DNA of 64,000 nucleotides from Octopus sinensis. Taxonomy: Eukaryota. Below, one piece after another: positions 1 through 13,005 of this stretch; within the stretch, counting starts at the first letter, position 1; every line of letters begins with the position of its first letter. The notes under the pieces are model-generated. The model did not search any database and was not told the origin of the DNA. It saw nothing but the letters and a program-made list of their open reading frames with translations. The DNA lies in NCBI RefSeq assembly GCF_006345805.1, contig NC_042998.1, forward strand, positions 116,002,001 through 116,066,000, read 5' to 3'. Position numbers and translations under genes: made by a program.

Positions 1-1915
1 AGAAAAGTCTTGCATATCCTCGCTGTTCCATTCACAGATTGGACTTGTAATGTACGAATCAGCCAGTCAATTTCTCTTTCTGAAATTCCCCCTTTATCAA
101 GATCTTCCTTTAAGCATTTACTAACAAATCCTATGCTCCAATTATTATTAGTATGAATATGAGTTCATAGTCTGGATACAGAAGCTGGAGGTTTCGAAGC
201 AGTTGTCCATAGATTTCCTCTTTCTCTTTGATTTTCAAAGAGAGATTTATATCTGCAGGGCAGCTAACTCACATAATGGTACATATCTTTGCCTCTCTGT
301 CCCAAACAATAATATCCAGCCTGTTATGCTTACATTTGAAAAAAGTTTTAATGGATCTATTCCACCAGTATTCCTTGAGTTGGTGTTAATGAATGTATTC
401 CATAGCAGGTATTTTCTAAGTTTATTTCAGTACAGTCTTATTTGCGGAGAGCCTTATAAATTGTTTTAGCAACAACATCATGCCGCATCGAGACGTAGTA
501 CCGTGACGACATTTTAGGACAGCTGGTAATAACATGCGTAGTGTCTTCTAGAGAAACATGATATAGCCTACACATGCGGTTGCACCTTGGTATTACAAGA
601 GCATCACTGTCTCTCCCGTTCATCAGGTACTTTGTGGTAATCTCCTATTCCTGGATTGCAAACGCATAGCCTTCAAATTGTGAAGTGATGTGGTGGTCTT
701 CTGTCCAAGAAAGGCTGCGCTTTGTGTCAATTCTACTGTCTTCAAGCTTCAGGGAAACATACCCATGCATAGTTTTATTTTTTTGCATGCTACGTGCTTT
801 CCATCCAGGTCTTCTCTGAGATAAGAGAGCCCACCTGTTTTGAGGCTATATAGGAGATCATCAAGAGTGTTTCTTGAGTTCACTGCAAACTCGTTCAATG
901 TTGCTCACTTCACGTTTCAGAAATGCGTTAATATATTTATTTTTGCTGCTGTTCTTTAGCCGTTGCTGCCTGAGTGATACCATGCGGCATTCTAAGGCCG
1001 TCTGCACTGATCGCAGGACTCTACCATATACATCTTTTCTTAGGTAGTGCTTGGCAATATCACAGTCTCTGTTGTTGTTGTCAGGATTTTGCAGGTTTTG
1101 AGACTTATGGAGTGGATTTCCTCTACAGAACAATTAAGTATGCCAAATGTTGGGAGCAGCACTAGTACTGCAAATGCATTGTGGGATATTGTTTTATTGT
1201 AAGAGAAGAGTTCCAACTGCCATATTTTCATAACTCTGGTGTTATATTCTCGGGCCACTCTATCTTTATTCACAGTGCTTTCATATGATACATTTTTGAT
1301 ACATTTTCATCTATGTTTAGGTACTTGCAACATGCTTTGTGTGGAATGAGAGAGATACAGAGACCGTTGATGCACAGGTTATGGGTTTGAGGGACTGACC
1401 TATCTTCGTTCTATAACCAAAGATGAACATTTTGTTTGGCCAAATTCCATGCCTATATCAGCTGAAAATGTTATTAACTCCAGTTGTTATTTTGCATTTT
1501 TAACACTTTTAGAATAAATCTTCAGGTCGTCTACAAAGAAAATATGAGTTACATTGATATTTCTGGCACTTGAAGATCCTAGCATGTAACAATTTGTTTT
1601 CTACAGTAGGAACGATAATGGATTCAGTGCCAAAATGAAAAGAAGTACAGAAAGACTATCTCCCTGCAATATTCCCTTTGTAATGCCCTTTGTAATGTAG
1701 TTGTCCATGACTTTGTAAGTCTTTCTATAGCAACAATTAAGGTAGTAGATATCTTTTGCCAGACGTAGACACTTCAAAAACCATGGATGAGGGATAGACT
1801 CGAATGCTTTCTTATAGTCAAGCCATGCTCTCCCAAGGCTTTTGCGTTGTTTTCTTACTTCAGAAAGTACAGCTATGTTTGTTAAAAGTTGTTCGGCACA
1901 TCCCCACACATCCGT
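1..1915 (-). mobile_element. Decayed R4/Dong-clade non-LTR retrotransposon (RT + CCHC + restriction-like endonuclease), 5'-truncated
   Basis: Frameshifted fragments GCAEQLL, AWLDYKKAFESIPHPW, GILQGDSLSVLLFILALNPLS (RT); CRLYHVSLEDTTHVITSCPK...RHDVVAK (zinc knuckle and RHD); NRLDIIVWD (REL PD-like motif near 300-325). Confidence 0.85.
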
Positions 1916-1916
1916 C

Positions 1917-2033
1917 TTGTATGTATGTATGTATGTATGTATGTATGTATGTATGTATGTATGTATGTATGTATGTATGCATGTATGTATGTATGTGTGT
2001 ATGTGTGTATGTGTGTATGTGTGTATGTGTGTG

Positions 2034-2065
<32 letters not shown>

Positions 2066-2085
2066 TGTATGTATGTGTGTGTGTA
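1917..2085. repeat. (TATG)n/(TG)n microsatellite
   Basis: Direct inspection. Separates the R4-like LINE from the mariner TIR. Confidence 0.97.
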
Positions 2086-2087
2086 TA

Positions 2088-3262
2088 TTGGGTCAGCCTA
2101 TAAAAAAAGGAGTTTTATACTTCTATATTTCAAAATTAAGATGAACGAAGTTCTTTTTTAATCCAGAATATACTCTCCTTCATGCTCTACAATGCTCTTC
2201 TATCTATCTGGTAGATTTGCAAGCCCTTCTTCCAAAATTCACTTGTCCGTTACGAAAAATTCTCCTCCAGTACTGATCTGATCTCGTCTACAGAATTCAT
2301 ATTCTTCTTCTGAGTAAATAATTTTGAAGACTCCAGAACAAATGATAATCAGATGGGGTAATGTCCGGCAGATATGGTGGGTGGGGCATCGTTTCTCATT
2401 CAAACTGCTCTGGCCTTTCGAATGTCATCCTCACTGTATGTGGCCCAGTATTATCCTAATGGAAGAACACATTTCGTCTTGAAACCAAATATAGTTGTTT
2501 TTCTTCTAGCACTGACTTAAGCCGCACAAGCTGCTCGCAGTAGATCTTTGTTTCCGTTTGGTTTGGGTTTTAAAAGATCAAAGTGTGCTAAACCTTGCTT
2601 ATTCTACCGAACAAACAACACCTTACGTGTGTGAAGACCTTCTTTAGCCTGGCATGCTGGTGTTTCTCCTTTCCCTACTCAGCAGAGAAGAGCACACATT
2701 TACTCTCTGTGCGCGATAATTTTCGGAAAGTTTCTGAGGAAGCCATTGACCCAATTTGCTGACTTTTCCAATGGGACGCAGGCGTCGATGAATAGTTGAA
2801 AGACCAAATCCAAGCTTCCCTGCCAATTCAGTTACATTGTAATTTTGTTCCAACAGGTTTTACAGCACTCCTCGTCGAGCTCTGCAGATCTTCCAAGACG
2901 AGGCTCATATTCTAGGTTGTAGTTTCCGGCTTGGAATTTCTGGAACCATCGTTGACACTGGCTTACACTTATTGTCCGATCCCCATGTACTGCATTAATA
3001 TTCCTCGCACTTTCCGTTGCGTTGTTACCTTTGAACTCAGAAAGCATAATATACCGAATATTTTCCGTTGTCACTTCCATTATAGCTTTGAAAAAATAGC
3101 TGTTTAAATCGAACTGCGCTCGTCAGAACTTTCGCTAAGTATATGGACAAGGAAAAATTAATACCTACTTTTTATAGTATGTTGTTGAGGTAGTTTATCC
3201 TATCTCTCTCCGAATTTTAGTTCATGGAATGCAGCAAGCGCATTATTTATGGGATGACCAAA
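2088..3262 (-). mobile_element. Mariner (DD34D) transposon, degenerate, internally deleted, with TIRs and TA flanks
   Basis: N-terminal HTH MEVTTENIRYIMLSEF...RWFQKFQAGNYNLE.EPR.GR; WLPQKL (WVPHEL motif); DNTGPH; PHPPYLPDITPSDYHLFWS. Imperfect TIRs TTGGGTCAGCCTATAAAAAAAG / TTTGGTCATCCCATAAATAATG, each flanked by TA. Confidence 0.92.
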
Positions 3263-3450
3263 TATGTATGTATGGTTGTATGTATGTATGTGTGCATGCA
3301 TGTATGTATGTGAGTATGTATGTATGTGTGTATGTATATTAAGGCATATATATATACACATACATGTACACACACATATATATATATGCACACACACACA
3401 CACACGCACACACGCACACAGGAATATGTCGTCACACATTCACACATATA
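3263..3450. repeat. Mixed (TATG)n/(CA)n microsatellite
   Basis: Direct inspection. Confidence 0.9.
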
Positions 3451-4619
3451 TGCGTGTTATCTGTTACATTTATCTTCCTTTCTTTCTCACAGACTCTCGT
3501 CTCCTTGCCCTTTATATAACTCTCTGACTCTTATACTATCGCAGCATGAGAGCCGCAGCCATGCTGGAGTAGCACCGTGTATATGTTTGAGTGTATTATA
3601 TAATATACTGTACGCATATATTTTTATATACGTAAGCATTACAAAACATGTTTTACTCTTTGTCAGTATGCATTGTGTTTTGACAAGAAAAGGAATTAAT
3701 TTGTCTATAAAGAATATTAACATTATCAATACTCATATTTCTAGTATTTGTAATGGCGGTAGATTCGATGCTGTCATTGTTCTTATCTTCCAAACACAAT
3801 ATATACATATATATGTTTGAGCTAATGGAAGCAATTAAGGGATAAAGTTGACTTACAATATATGCAAAAACTTCAAAGAAAAATATCCTTTCGTTCAGAT
3901 ACTAACAAACGTTAGCCATATAGATTTCTGCAAAATATTGCCTATTGTACTTTGAATTTTTCAAGCTAGACAGGAAAATAACTAGCGGACTCCGTCTCGT
4001 GTTTTAATGTCATTCATCTAAAAAATGTCCTTGTCTTTTATACTTAGAATCACTGTTCCTTCCATATTTTATATCTTTCGCTGTTAATTGTAGATAAAAT
4101 TTCTATTTCTATTCTGTTCTGTATTACAGCTCGTTTTATATACTTTTGATTGACAGATAGATATATGCTCATATGTACAGATATACACACATTCACATTG
4201 ACAGACATACATATGCATATATATATTGATATGTGTGTGTGTGTACATGTACGTATGCATATATGACGAGGAGCAGGTAGGTGCAGTTATGTGAGTTGTC
4301 AGTGGCAGTATATAGATATACAAATCAGATACAAAAAACTGGATGAGTATGCAATAAATTATAATAAAATAACAGTTGATTTCAACTGTTTTTACTGATA
4401 TAAGCTATAATTGATTCTTCTGCACATGCTTTTGAGTTTTACGGCGTTATCAGATGTAATGTCGATGATTTGTGTTTGCGGCGATAAAATAAGAGGCAGA
4501 AATATGGGATCATATTATGTCTTTACTGTTCGAATACAAGAAATATGTGTTTTCGACTTGTCGAAATGTTTTATTTGGTCTAAAGTTGTTTTGTGTTACC
4601 CAACGAAGTACGGCTTGCA

Positions 4620-4885
4620 AAAAACGACACCAGAACTTATTGTCTGTAAGTCTAGTACGTCTTGTATCGTTATATTTAGCCGAACCGCTACCTTACGGAA
4701 ACGTATACACACTACCATGGGTTGTCAAGCGATGGGTTTCTTTTAGTTTCCGTCTACCAAATCCACTTACAAAGTTTTGGTCGGCCCGAGGTCAGAGTAG
4801 AAGACACTTGCTCAAGGTGCCACACAGTGGGACTGAACCCGAAACCATGTGGTTTGTAAACAAGCTACTTACCACACATCCGTTC
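4620..4885 (-). mobile_element. tRNA-derived SINE, family A
   Basis: Reverse complement begins GTGTGGTAAGTAGCTTG...CCACATGGTTTCGGGTTCAGTCCCACTG (A/B box-like). Homologous to copies at 8.1, 33.5, 46.5, 55.2, 58.2 and 63.4 kb. Confidence 0.85.
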
Positions 4886-4901
4886 CCCCACATATATATG
4901 T

Positions 4902-4960
<59 letters not shown>

Positions 4961-4996
4961 ATATGTGTGTGTGTATGTATGTATGTATATATATAA

Positions 4997-7105
4997 GGCA
5001 CTATTTTGACACTATTTTGACAACATAAACTTCCACAAAGCGGACTGGGGAGCAATCAGAAAGGATCTGTTTTTCATTGACGGGTCTTTTACTCTCAACT
5101 CCACCCAAATTGAAACCGCATGGCAGCACTTTGAAAACATTGTCACCTATACATGCTCTAAACACGCTCCTACGAAATCTATTAACACAAACAGAAACCG
5201 GCTCCCTAAAAAGAAAAAAAAACTCATCAGGCGCATCAAAAGACTCAATAAATAATCAACCAATTAAAATATTCCCACATACAACATCCACATCCAACAA
5301 CAATGAAAAGGCTAGAGTTGGAAAAACTTCATCTGCAGACCGACATGAAAACCTCCATTGAAAATCAAAGAGCTGTGGAGGAATAGTGAGTAATCAAAAA
5401 CATCAAATAGAACCCCAAAGTGTTCTATTCTTATGCAAATAAGCATAGAACCACTGTCTCACCCATTGGGCCATTGATTGATGATAACGGCATTCCCCAA
5501 CACGATGCTAAAGAAATGGCAGAAATAATGCAGAAACAATACTGCTCTGTCTTTAGTGTTCCCACTAATATTGACGTAAGAGAAGCGAACGAAGTTGATT
5601 CCCAACATAAAATCCCAGCCATAATTTTCACTGCCTCTGACATCATAGCAGCAATAAATGAGGTCAAATACTATTCTACTGTAGGCCCTGATAGATTCCC
5701 CGCTACTCTCCTGAAGGAATGTAGACACCAACTGCAGTCCCTCTGACCAACCTCTGGAGAAATTCGTTAGACTCAGGTTATATACTGAAACAGCTTCTAT
5801 CCCAGTCTGTCATCCCGGTTTTCAAACAGGGAAACAGATCCCTCGCAGTTAACTATCGTATAATCTCACTCACCTCCCACATCATTAAAGTGTTTGAAAG
5901 AGTGTTAAGATCAAGGATAGCTGACTTCCTGGAGACCCACAAACTCCTAAATGCAAATCATCATGGCTTTCACTGTGGCAGGGACTGTCTAACACAGCTC
6001 TTACACCACATAGAATATGAACTCTAAGCCTTGGGAACAGGCTGGAACGCTGATGTCATACATCTTGACTTCAGTAAAGCGTTCGACAGGGTTGACCATA
6101 AAGTCCTTCCCTCAAAATTGGCAAATGTTGGAATCCGTGGAAAACTTCTACACTGGATTATGTATTTCCTGGCGAGTAGAACACAACATGTTGTAGTCGT
6201 TAGATTCCACTCAAGCTCAGCAAAAGTCACCAATGTTGTCCCCCAGGGGATTGTCTTGGGCCCGCTAATCTTTATAATTTACATAAAAGACCTTTCCAGT
6301 GTCGTACATTACTGAAAAGTGAAAATATTTGCTGATGACCCTAAGCTCCAGCAAATCATCAATGAAGAAGCAGACCGAACTCAACTCCAGTCTGATCTAT
6401 ATGCTGTGACTCAATGGGCAGACAGAAACAAAATGCAACTGAACGAGGGAAAATTTGAGCTGATGCATTTTGGAAGAAATTCCTCACTAAAACAGCCATA
6501 CTCTCTTCCTTCAGGGGAACCGCTCACAGCCTCTAACAATATCAGACACCTGGGTGTAATTGTTGATGACGATCTAAGTTGGAGCGCACACATCAACAAT
6601 AAGGTCGATAGAGCTCGTCGGATGAGTTCCTGGATCTTCAGAACTTTCCGGTCCAGAGAACAAGGTGTCATCATGCCACTTTTCTCCTCCTTTGAACGGC
6701 CACAACTCGAATATTGCAGCCACTGTGGTCTCCCCATACAAGACAAAACATCTCGAGGATTGAATCACCCCAGATGGCACTCACTAAACGAATAGAGGCA
6801 TGGATGCTCTCGATTATTGGGACCGCTTTAAAGCCTTGAAACTCTACTATCTCCAGCGTTGCGCTGAGCGGTACATCATTTGTACGATGTGGAGAATATA
6901 CCGGCAACTTTGCCCAAACGACTTGAACATTGGCTTCAACGTTCATCCAAGACTGGGACCACGGGCCATACGTCCCCTGCCCAATTCAAGATCACAGTAT
7001 ACATGTACACAGCAGCATAATTTCTTTCCCTCAACAGGCCCTGGCCTATTTAACATTGTCCCGAAAGAGATCAAAGAGGAAAGTATCCCATCAACTTTTT
7101 CCTCA
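4997..7105 (+). mobile_element. CR1-clade LINE ORF2 (reverse transcriptase), degenerate
   Basis: FYSYANK..., GPDRFPA, ISLTSHIIKVFERV, DVIHLDFSKAFDRVDH, VPQGIVLGPLIFIIYI, KIFADD, LGVIVDDDLSW, RPQLEYC; multiple stops and frameshifts. Confidence 0.92.
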
Positions 7106-7527
7106 AAAATGTTTTTTTAATTTTTTGAAAATATTCCTCAAAAACATTTTGAAAATTTTCCTCAAAAATTTTTGAAAATTTTTCCCAAAAACTTTTGAAA
7201 AATTTTTTGAAAATTTTCCCCAAAAATTTTTGAAAATTTTCCCCCAAAAAGTTTGAAAAATTTTTTGATAATTTTCCCCAAAAATTTTTGAAAAACTTTT
7301 TGAAAAATTTCCCCCCAAAAATTTTTGAAAAATTTTTTTGCAAATTTTCCTCAAAAATTTTTGAGGAAAATTTACCAAAAATTAAAAAAAAAATTTCCTC
7401 AAAAATGTTTGAAAATTTTTCCCAAAAATTTTCCCCAAAATTTTTTGAAAATTCCTCCCAAAAATGTTTTGAAAATTTTCCTTAAAAATTTTTGAAAAAT
7501 TTTTGAAAATTTTCCCTAAAAATTTTT
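7096..7527. repeat. Degenerate ~22-bp A/T-tract tandem repeat (TTTTCCYCAAAAATTTTTGAAAA)n
   Basis: Repeated units visible directly. Includes a perfect 32-bp palindrome at 7342-7373. Confidence 0.85.
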
Positions 7528-8052
7528 GTATCTTTATTATTGTTAATCTCATTTCTTTACTCAATGTTAATCTTCCACTGCTTCTTGGTTTTGGGGATAT
7601 TTTTTATTTCACCTTTGTACTGCTTCCAACTACTTGGGCTCTTCTGGTCAATAAAAGACATCCTTTCTATTAACATAATGGGCAAAATGTTTAGTAGCAT
7701 TTCATATGTCCTTACATTCAGGGTTCAAATCCTCCAAAGTCGACTTTGTCATTCATTATTTTATGGTCGATGTTATCAACTTATCTTTTGTGCCATAATT
7801 TGAAACTATTGTTATTAGGACAAGTTTTATTTTTTAGAAAGGTGGAATAGCAGAATCAAGCATAATGCCTTGCTCTATTTTGTTATGATCCTTTTATACT
7901 CCAAGTTCAAATCCCACCAAGGTCAAATTTTCCTTTCATCTTTAAAACAGCACACCTCGCCCAAATTTGAGGCATTCTTTGGCAGGAGAAACGACAGGCA
8001 TTTTTCTTCTGTTTGATGGCTATGGAAAAAGAGATAATATATATATATATAT

Positions 8053-8395
8053 ATTCTTTTATTCTCTAGTTTCAGTCATTTGACAGCAGCCATGACCCCA
8101 GAACTTGTGCTTTTTGGCCTAGTACTTATTTCATCGGTGGTTTTTGCCCAGCCACAAGGTTACGGAAACGTGAACACACCAGCATCGGTTGTCAAGTGAT
8201 GGTGGGAGGACAAACACAAACACACAAGCACACATACGACAGGCTTCTTTAAGTTTCCTTCTACTAAATCTACTCTGAAGGCTCCAGTCGGCCGGAGGCT
8301 ATTGTAGAAGACACTTGCTGAAAGTGAAGCACAGTGAGACCGAACCCGGAACATGTGTTCGGGAAGCTAACTCGTTATCACACAGCCATAACTGC
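8053..8395 (-). mobile_element. tRNA-derived SINE, family A
   Basis: Shares body (GTAGAAGACACTTGC, TCGGTTGTCAAG, CTAGTACTTATT) and head with the 4.7-kb copy. Confidence 0.85.
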
Positions 8396-8714
8396 GCGCT
8401 GTCACACAGTTTCTGTGTATTAAATTCACACATAAAATAATAGTTAGTTGGCTGCTATTGTAGAAATTACACGTAAATTGTGCTATAAAGAGAAGGGATC
8501 CAAACCTATGTCATTGCTAAACGTGTTTCTTAACCTTAGAACTATATATGTACGTATATATATATATAAGGTTATGAGAGATAATGGTGTAAAGAAGACC
8601 CAAAGATGTCAGGTGCTGAGTAAGTGCTATGGACAGACTATAGTTAAGCTCCAGGTTCGGTGATAATGCAAATGAGGAGTCCAATATAGGTCATATATTA
8701 GCATGCGTATATAA

Positions 8715-8788
8715 AAATTAACAGAATGAGGTAAAAATCCAAGGCTGTGAAATCTTTCACAGCCTTGGATTTTTATCTCATTCTGTTA

Positions 8789-8792
<4 letters not shown>
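8715..8792. repeat. Near-perfect 78-bp palindrome next to a (TA)n tract
   Basis: 38-bp arms AAATTAACAGAATGAG(G/A)TAAAAATCCAAGGCTGTGAAA, 2-nt loop, one mismatch. Confidence 0.92.
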
Positions 8793-8871
<79 letters not shown>

Positions 8872-8972
8872 CAGTTTTGCGACATTGTGTTTTTATGAGA
8901 TTTTTTTATATCGTTAATAATTTTTATTTTAAGAGATATTGACTGAATGAAGTATTTTTCATAGAAACTTTA

Positions 8973-9011
<39 letters not shown>

Positions 9012-9013
<2 letters not shown>

Positions 9014-10050
9014 TGAGAAAGTTGGTGTGTGAAAGCACGTGGTTGAATATATAGAAAATAGTAAAAAGTGAAAAAACTACAGAAGGCTTGTTTTAAAAGG
9101 GTAAAAAATATATATTTGAGTCATTATGTCTGAAGAATGTTATAAATTTTTTTCATACAATGACATAGTTTTTGAAGAAATGACCGGTTTCGCGTTCAGC
9201 TTTTCAAATTTCTTACATCGTTATGTTTACGTTGAGAAGTGTGAAAAAGAGTTCCAGATAAGGGGAGGTAATAAGTGATTTCTTCCGGTGTAAGGGAGAT
9301 AATCGCTTAATATTTCTTGTCTTTTGTTGGGAGTGAGTTTCTCTGTATAAGAATGTTGGAATGGTAAAGTTTGGGTTTGTATTTTTCAATGAAGAATGTT
9401 TCCTTGTTTAGTCTAATTTGTGTTGGTGTTCCGATAGCACATTGGTAAAATGGAAAGATTAAAAATTGTGGTTGTAGTTGCTTTGCGCATTTCTCAATGT
9501 GCTCACTAAAGGGTATCATTCTGTATTCTGGGAATGCAATCTGTGTCGATGCAGGGTGCATCTACGTCTGAGTGATAGTCCCGTGGACCCCACGTAGTTT
9601 CGGTGGCAGCCCGAGCATTTTATGACATAAATTATGTTTTCAGAGGCACAAGTAAAATTAGATTTGATCATGAATTTCTGTCCCTCTTTGAAGAGGAATT
9701 CTGATCATTCTAGCAGGTTTGGACATGTTGCACAGTTCGGTCTACCACATTTTTTTACTTTTGCATCCGTAATTTCAGAAAACAATTTTGCCTTTGTGAG
9801 AATCTTTTTAAGTGATTTAGGTTGTTTGTAGCTTTTAATGATTTGGTGTATGTTTAGAATTTCCTTTAATTTGGGGTCCTTATGAAGTATTGGTAAATTC
9901 TGGGTGATGATGGTGAAGGCTTCTTTGTTTCTGGGGTTGTATGTCATTGTATGAAAAAAGTTTATAACATTCTTCAGACATAATGACTCAAATATATATT
10001 TTTTAACCTTCTAAAACAAGCCTTCTGTAGTTTTTTCACTTTTATTATTT

Positions 10051-10052
<2 letters not shown>
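9012..10052 (-). mobile_element. 5'-truncated Penelope-like element (GIY-YIG endonuclease) with inverted pseudo-LTR
   Basis: TYNPRN...KQPKSLKKIL...KCGRPNCATC, FTCASENIIYVIKC...YVGST, ETFFIEKYKPKL. The ~115-bp segment at ~9052-9167 recurs inverted at ~9940-10052. Both ends sit in microsatellites. Confidence 0.88.
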
Positions 10053-10099
<47 letters not shown>

Positions 10100-10108
10100 G
10101 CATGTATG

Positions 10109-10146
<38 letters not shown>

Positions 10147-11785
10147 TGCATGTATGTATGTATGTATATATAAATATATATATATCATCTATACACACAC
10201 GAACATGTATTTACATTATATATATTGTAAACTTATGAACATACATATGTATGTATATAATATAAATATGACTTCACAAACATACAAATAATTATACGTG
10301 TATTGCTGCAAATGTGTGTATATGTTTGAGTGAGAGCGTCTGTGTCTGAGTTTGTTTAGATATTCATAATTCAGTCGCCATGATGTCGTATAGATTTATG
10401 CCTGTTGAAGTAACAATGAATACTAAGCAGACATGCGTGCAGTGACCAAAGATACTAAGTTAGTTATCAGATTAAGCTTCCATTTATATCAAGAGATATA
10501 CTCAAGACTAGATACTAAAGCTGGAAATCTTTAAGCGTAGACGTAAACATGAACATGAGCAATGATAAGAAAAACATTACTATATAATAATCAGTATAGA
10601 AATAGTAACTTAAATATTAGATATAGGAAACGACAGCTAAACATCATTTGTAATAGATCAGGAAGCCAGTCAAGTAGATATGAAGCCATAAATTTTGTTG
10701 CTATACTAGCATCGATAACTTACTTGTACTTGTGTTGGCTCTCACCCGGAAACATTTGAGTCGTCGCCAATCAGTGAATTCTCTATACTACAAGCACATA
10801 CCGATCACGCCCATCGATCACAGACAGCCGACGTGGAGGATGTCAACCAGTCACAAAATCAACGAAGGAGGTCATACAAAAGATAGCAGTTATCGATTCA
10901 AGCTCCAACTTGGTCGTAATAATTTATATTTTCAAATGTCTGCCTTGCATTTTTACACACTTCTGAGAAGGGTTTGTGAGCCACATTCCCACTGTTTGTT
11001 TTGTGGCCAACAAAATGCGGTTTTAAACGAACTGGCTCAGCTATTGAAAAAATGTTTGAAGTGAATTGGACACATTTCAGCCACTTTCGCAGAGGCACGC
11101 TATCTTATATGAATATGTTTTCTTTTACTTCACGAAACTGGCTGGTTTCGGCCTTCTAGTGTTCAGACATTCTTGACCTGCTCATCTTTCCATTCTGCGA
11201 CACCCTTGTTCCGAATAGCCACTTTCCCCAACAGATTTCTAGGTTCAATCCTTCTCCAGTGTTCGGAATCTTACTCAAATTTTTCCTGACGATAAATACT
11301 TGCAACAATTTAAACCGGACATTAATGTATCAATCTCACCAATCACAGAACAGCTGAAAGGTTCATGGGCTCTGCCCAATCCTCAAGATTCAGTAAGTAC
11401 AAGGAACAACACAGAAAGACATTATTGATGGTATGACAAAAGAAGTTGCTATGAAAAATGTAACAATAGTAAATGCTAAATGTCAAAAGAAAGAATCACT
11501 AGCTTAGATTAAAAACTACGAATTGTACGTTTAAGATATCCTAATAAAAGCAAGAAAGGTGAAAAAACAACACGCTGTAAAATTAGAATGGTAATATCTT
11601 GTGTTGTTAGCCAGAGATTTGTCAGGAGAAGCAAAATGTGACTTCCTGGGCATCATAGCTTTGGCATTATTATTGAAACATCGAAAACAAAATACAATTA
11701 TACAGTTGTTTTTTTATGATTTGTAGAAGTGTTCGTGTTATTAGACTATTATATATATATATTAGACTATATATTATTAGATTAT

Positions 11786-11830
<45 letters not shown>

Positions 11831-12761
11831 ATATATATATATATATGTGTGTGTATGTGTGTGTGTGCGTGCGCGCTTCTACATACATCCGCGCGTGTAT
11901 ATCTATTTACTAAAAATATAAGCGAAATCGTTGGACTAAGAACTATATAACAATGGTAATATAGAGAAGTGATTAAAAGTTCCGTACAGATATGATAAGG
12001 AAATTCTTTCGTATGTTTACCGTGTTGTAGAAGTGTCATATCTGACAGAGCAAAACGACAAATAAAAATATACAGGATTAGCAATGTGTATTGATATTTT
12101 AAGATCATGATAAAACAGGATTTACAATAGTCAAATCTAATCTTAATACTTTTTCTCTGCTGCAAATTCCTGACAGCGTATATGATATTTAGTCCTAAAA
12201 CTGTTTTTGCTACATTGTAACAAAAAACAGGCGGAAATATTATTTTAATGTCAACATCTGAATTATATATAATCCAAAATAAATTTGAAATATTCAATGA
12301 TTGAAAGAAAAATATTTAAGTGCCATAAGTGAAAGATTAAACTACGTGAATTAAAAATAAAACACCATCAAAATATGTTGCTAGCGACGGTGAAGTTGAA
12401 ATATAGGTAAGAGGTATATGTTGTGTTTCATGAATTAACAATTATGCATACAACAAATTGATCTGATTTCGATGAACAATTTTCAAATAGATTCAAATGA
12501 CAGAATGTGTTTTGCTTCATTTGTGTAACTTATGACTATACGAAATGACATTTTAATATCATTCAACAAATTATAAAGTTATGACTTCAATATGAATGAG
12601 ATATTACTGAGAATGAACACTATCAAAGCTTAATAGCACAAAATCAGATATTAGTTGTATAAACATATATTCATGAAACTTAAATTACATTCTACTCTCT
12701 ATATGATATAATCCATGTCAACTCATTTTCATACACAAAACCCTCAATGCAAAAGCCTGTG

Positions 12762-12811
<50 letters not shown>

Positions 12812-13005
12812 TATATATATATGAGAGCTGACATTTTCATATTGTAGCTTAGACATATATAGAGCTTTCCAAAAAAGTATAGCATGCCAAGATCAGATAA
12901 TGATCAAGATGTACGCAAATAATTAAATGAAATTAAACATTACATTACTTGCATTAGTTACATTATTTACATTTGACAGATTTTTGTCCTCATCTTTTTT
13001 GTTGT

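Noticed and set aside
7071-7564. Lys/Phe-rich ORFs and a CRISPR-like look of the 22-bp repeat
   Set aside because: Low-complexity tandem repeat with no unique spacers, no cas genes and a eukaryotic context.
8470-8512. Possible next iGluR exon starting tag|VWI
   Set aside because: Poor polypyrimidine tract and a stop after 12 codons; no M1 helix.
10723-10790. Possible small minus-strand exon ending at a GTAAGT donor (YREFTDWRRLKCFRVRANTST)
   Set aside because: No similarity to the expected M1 exon and no other support.
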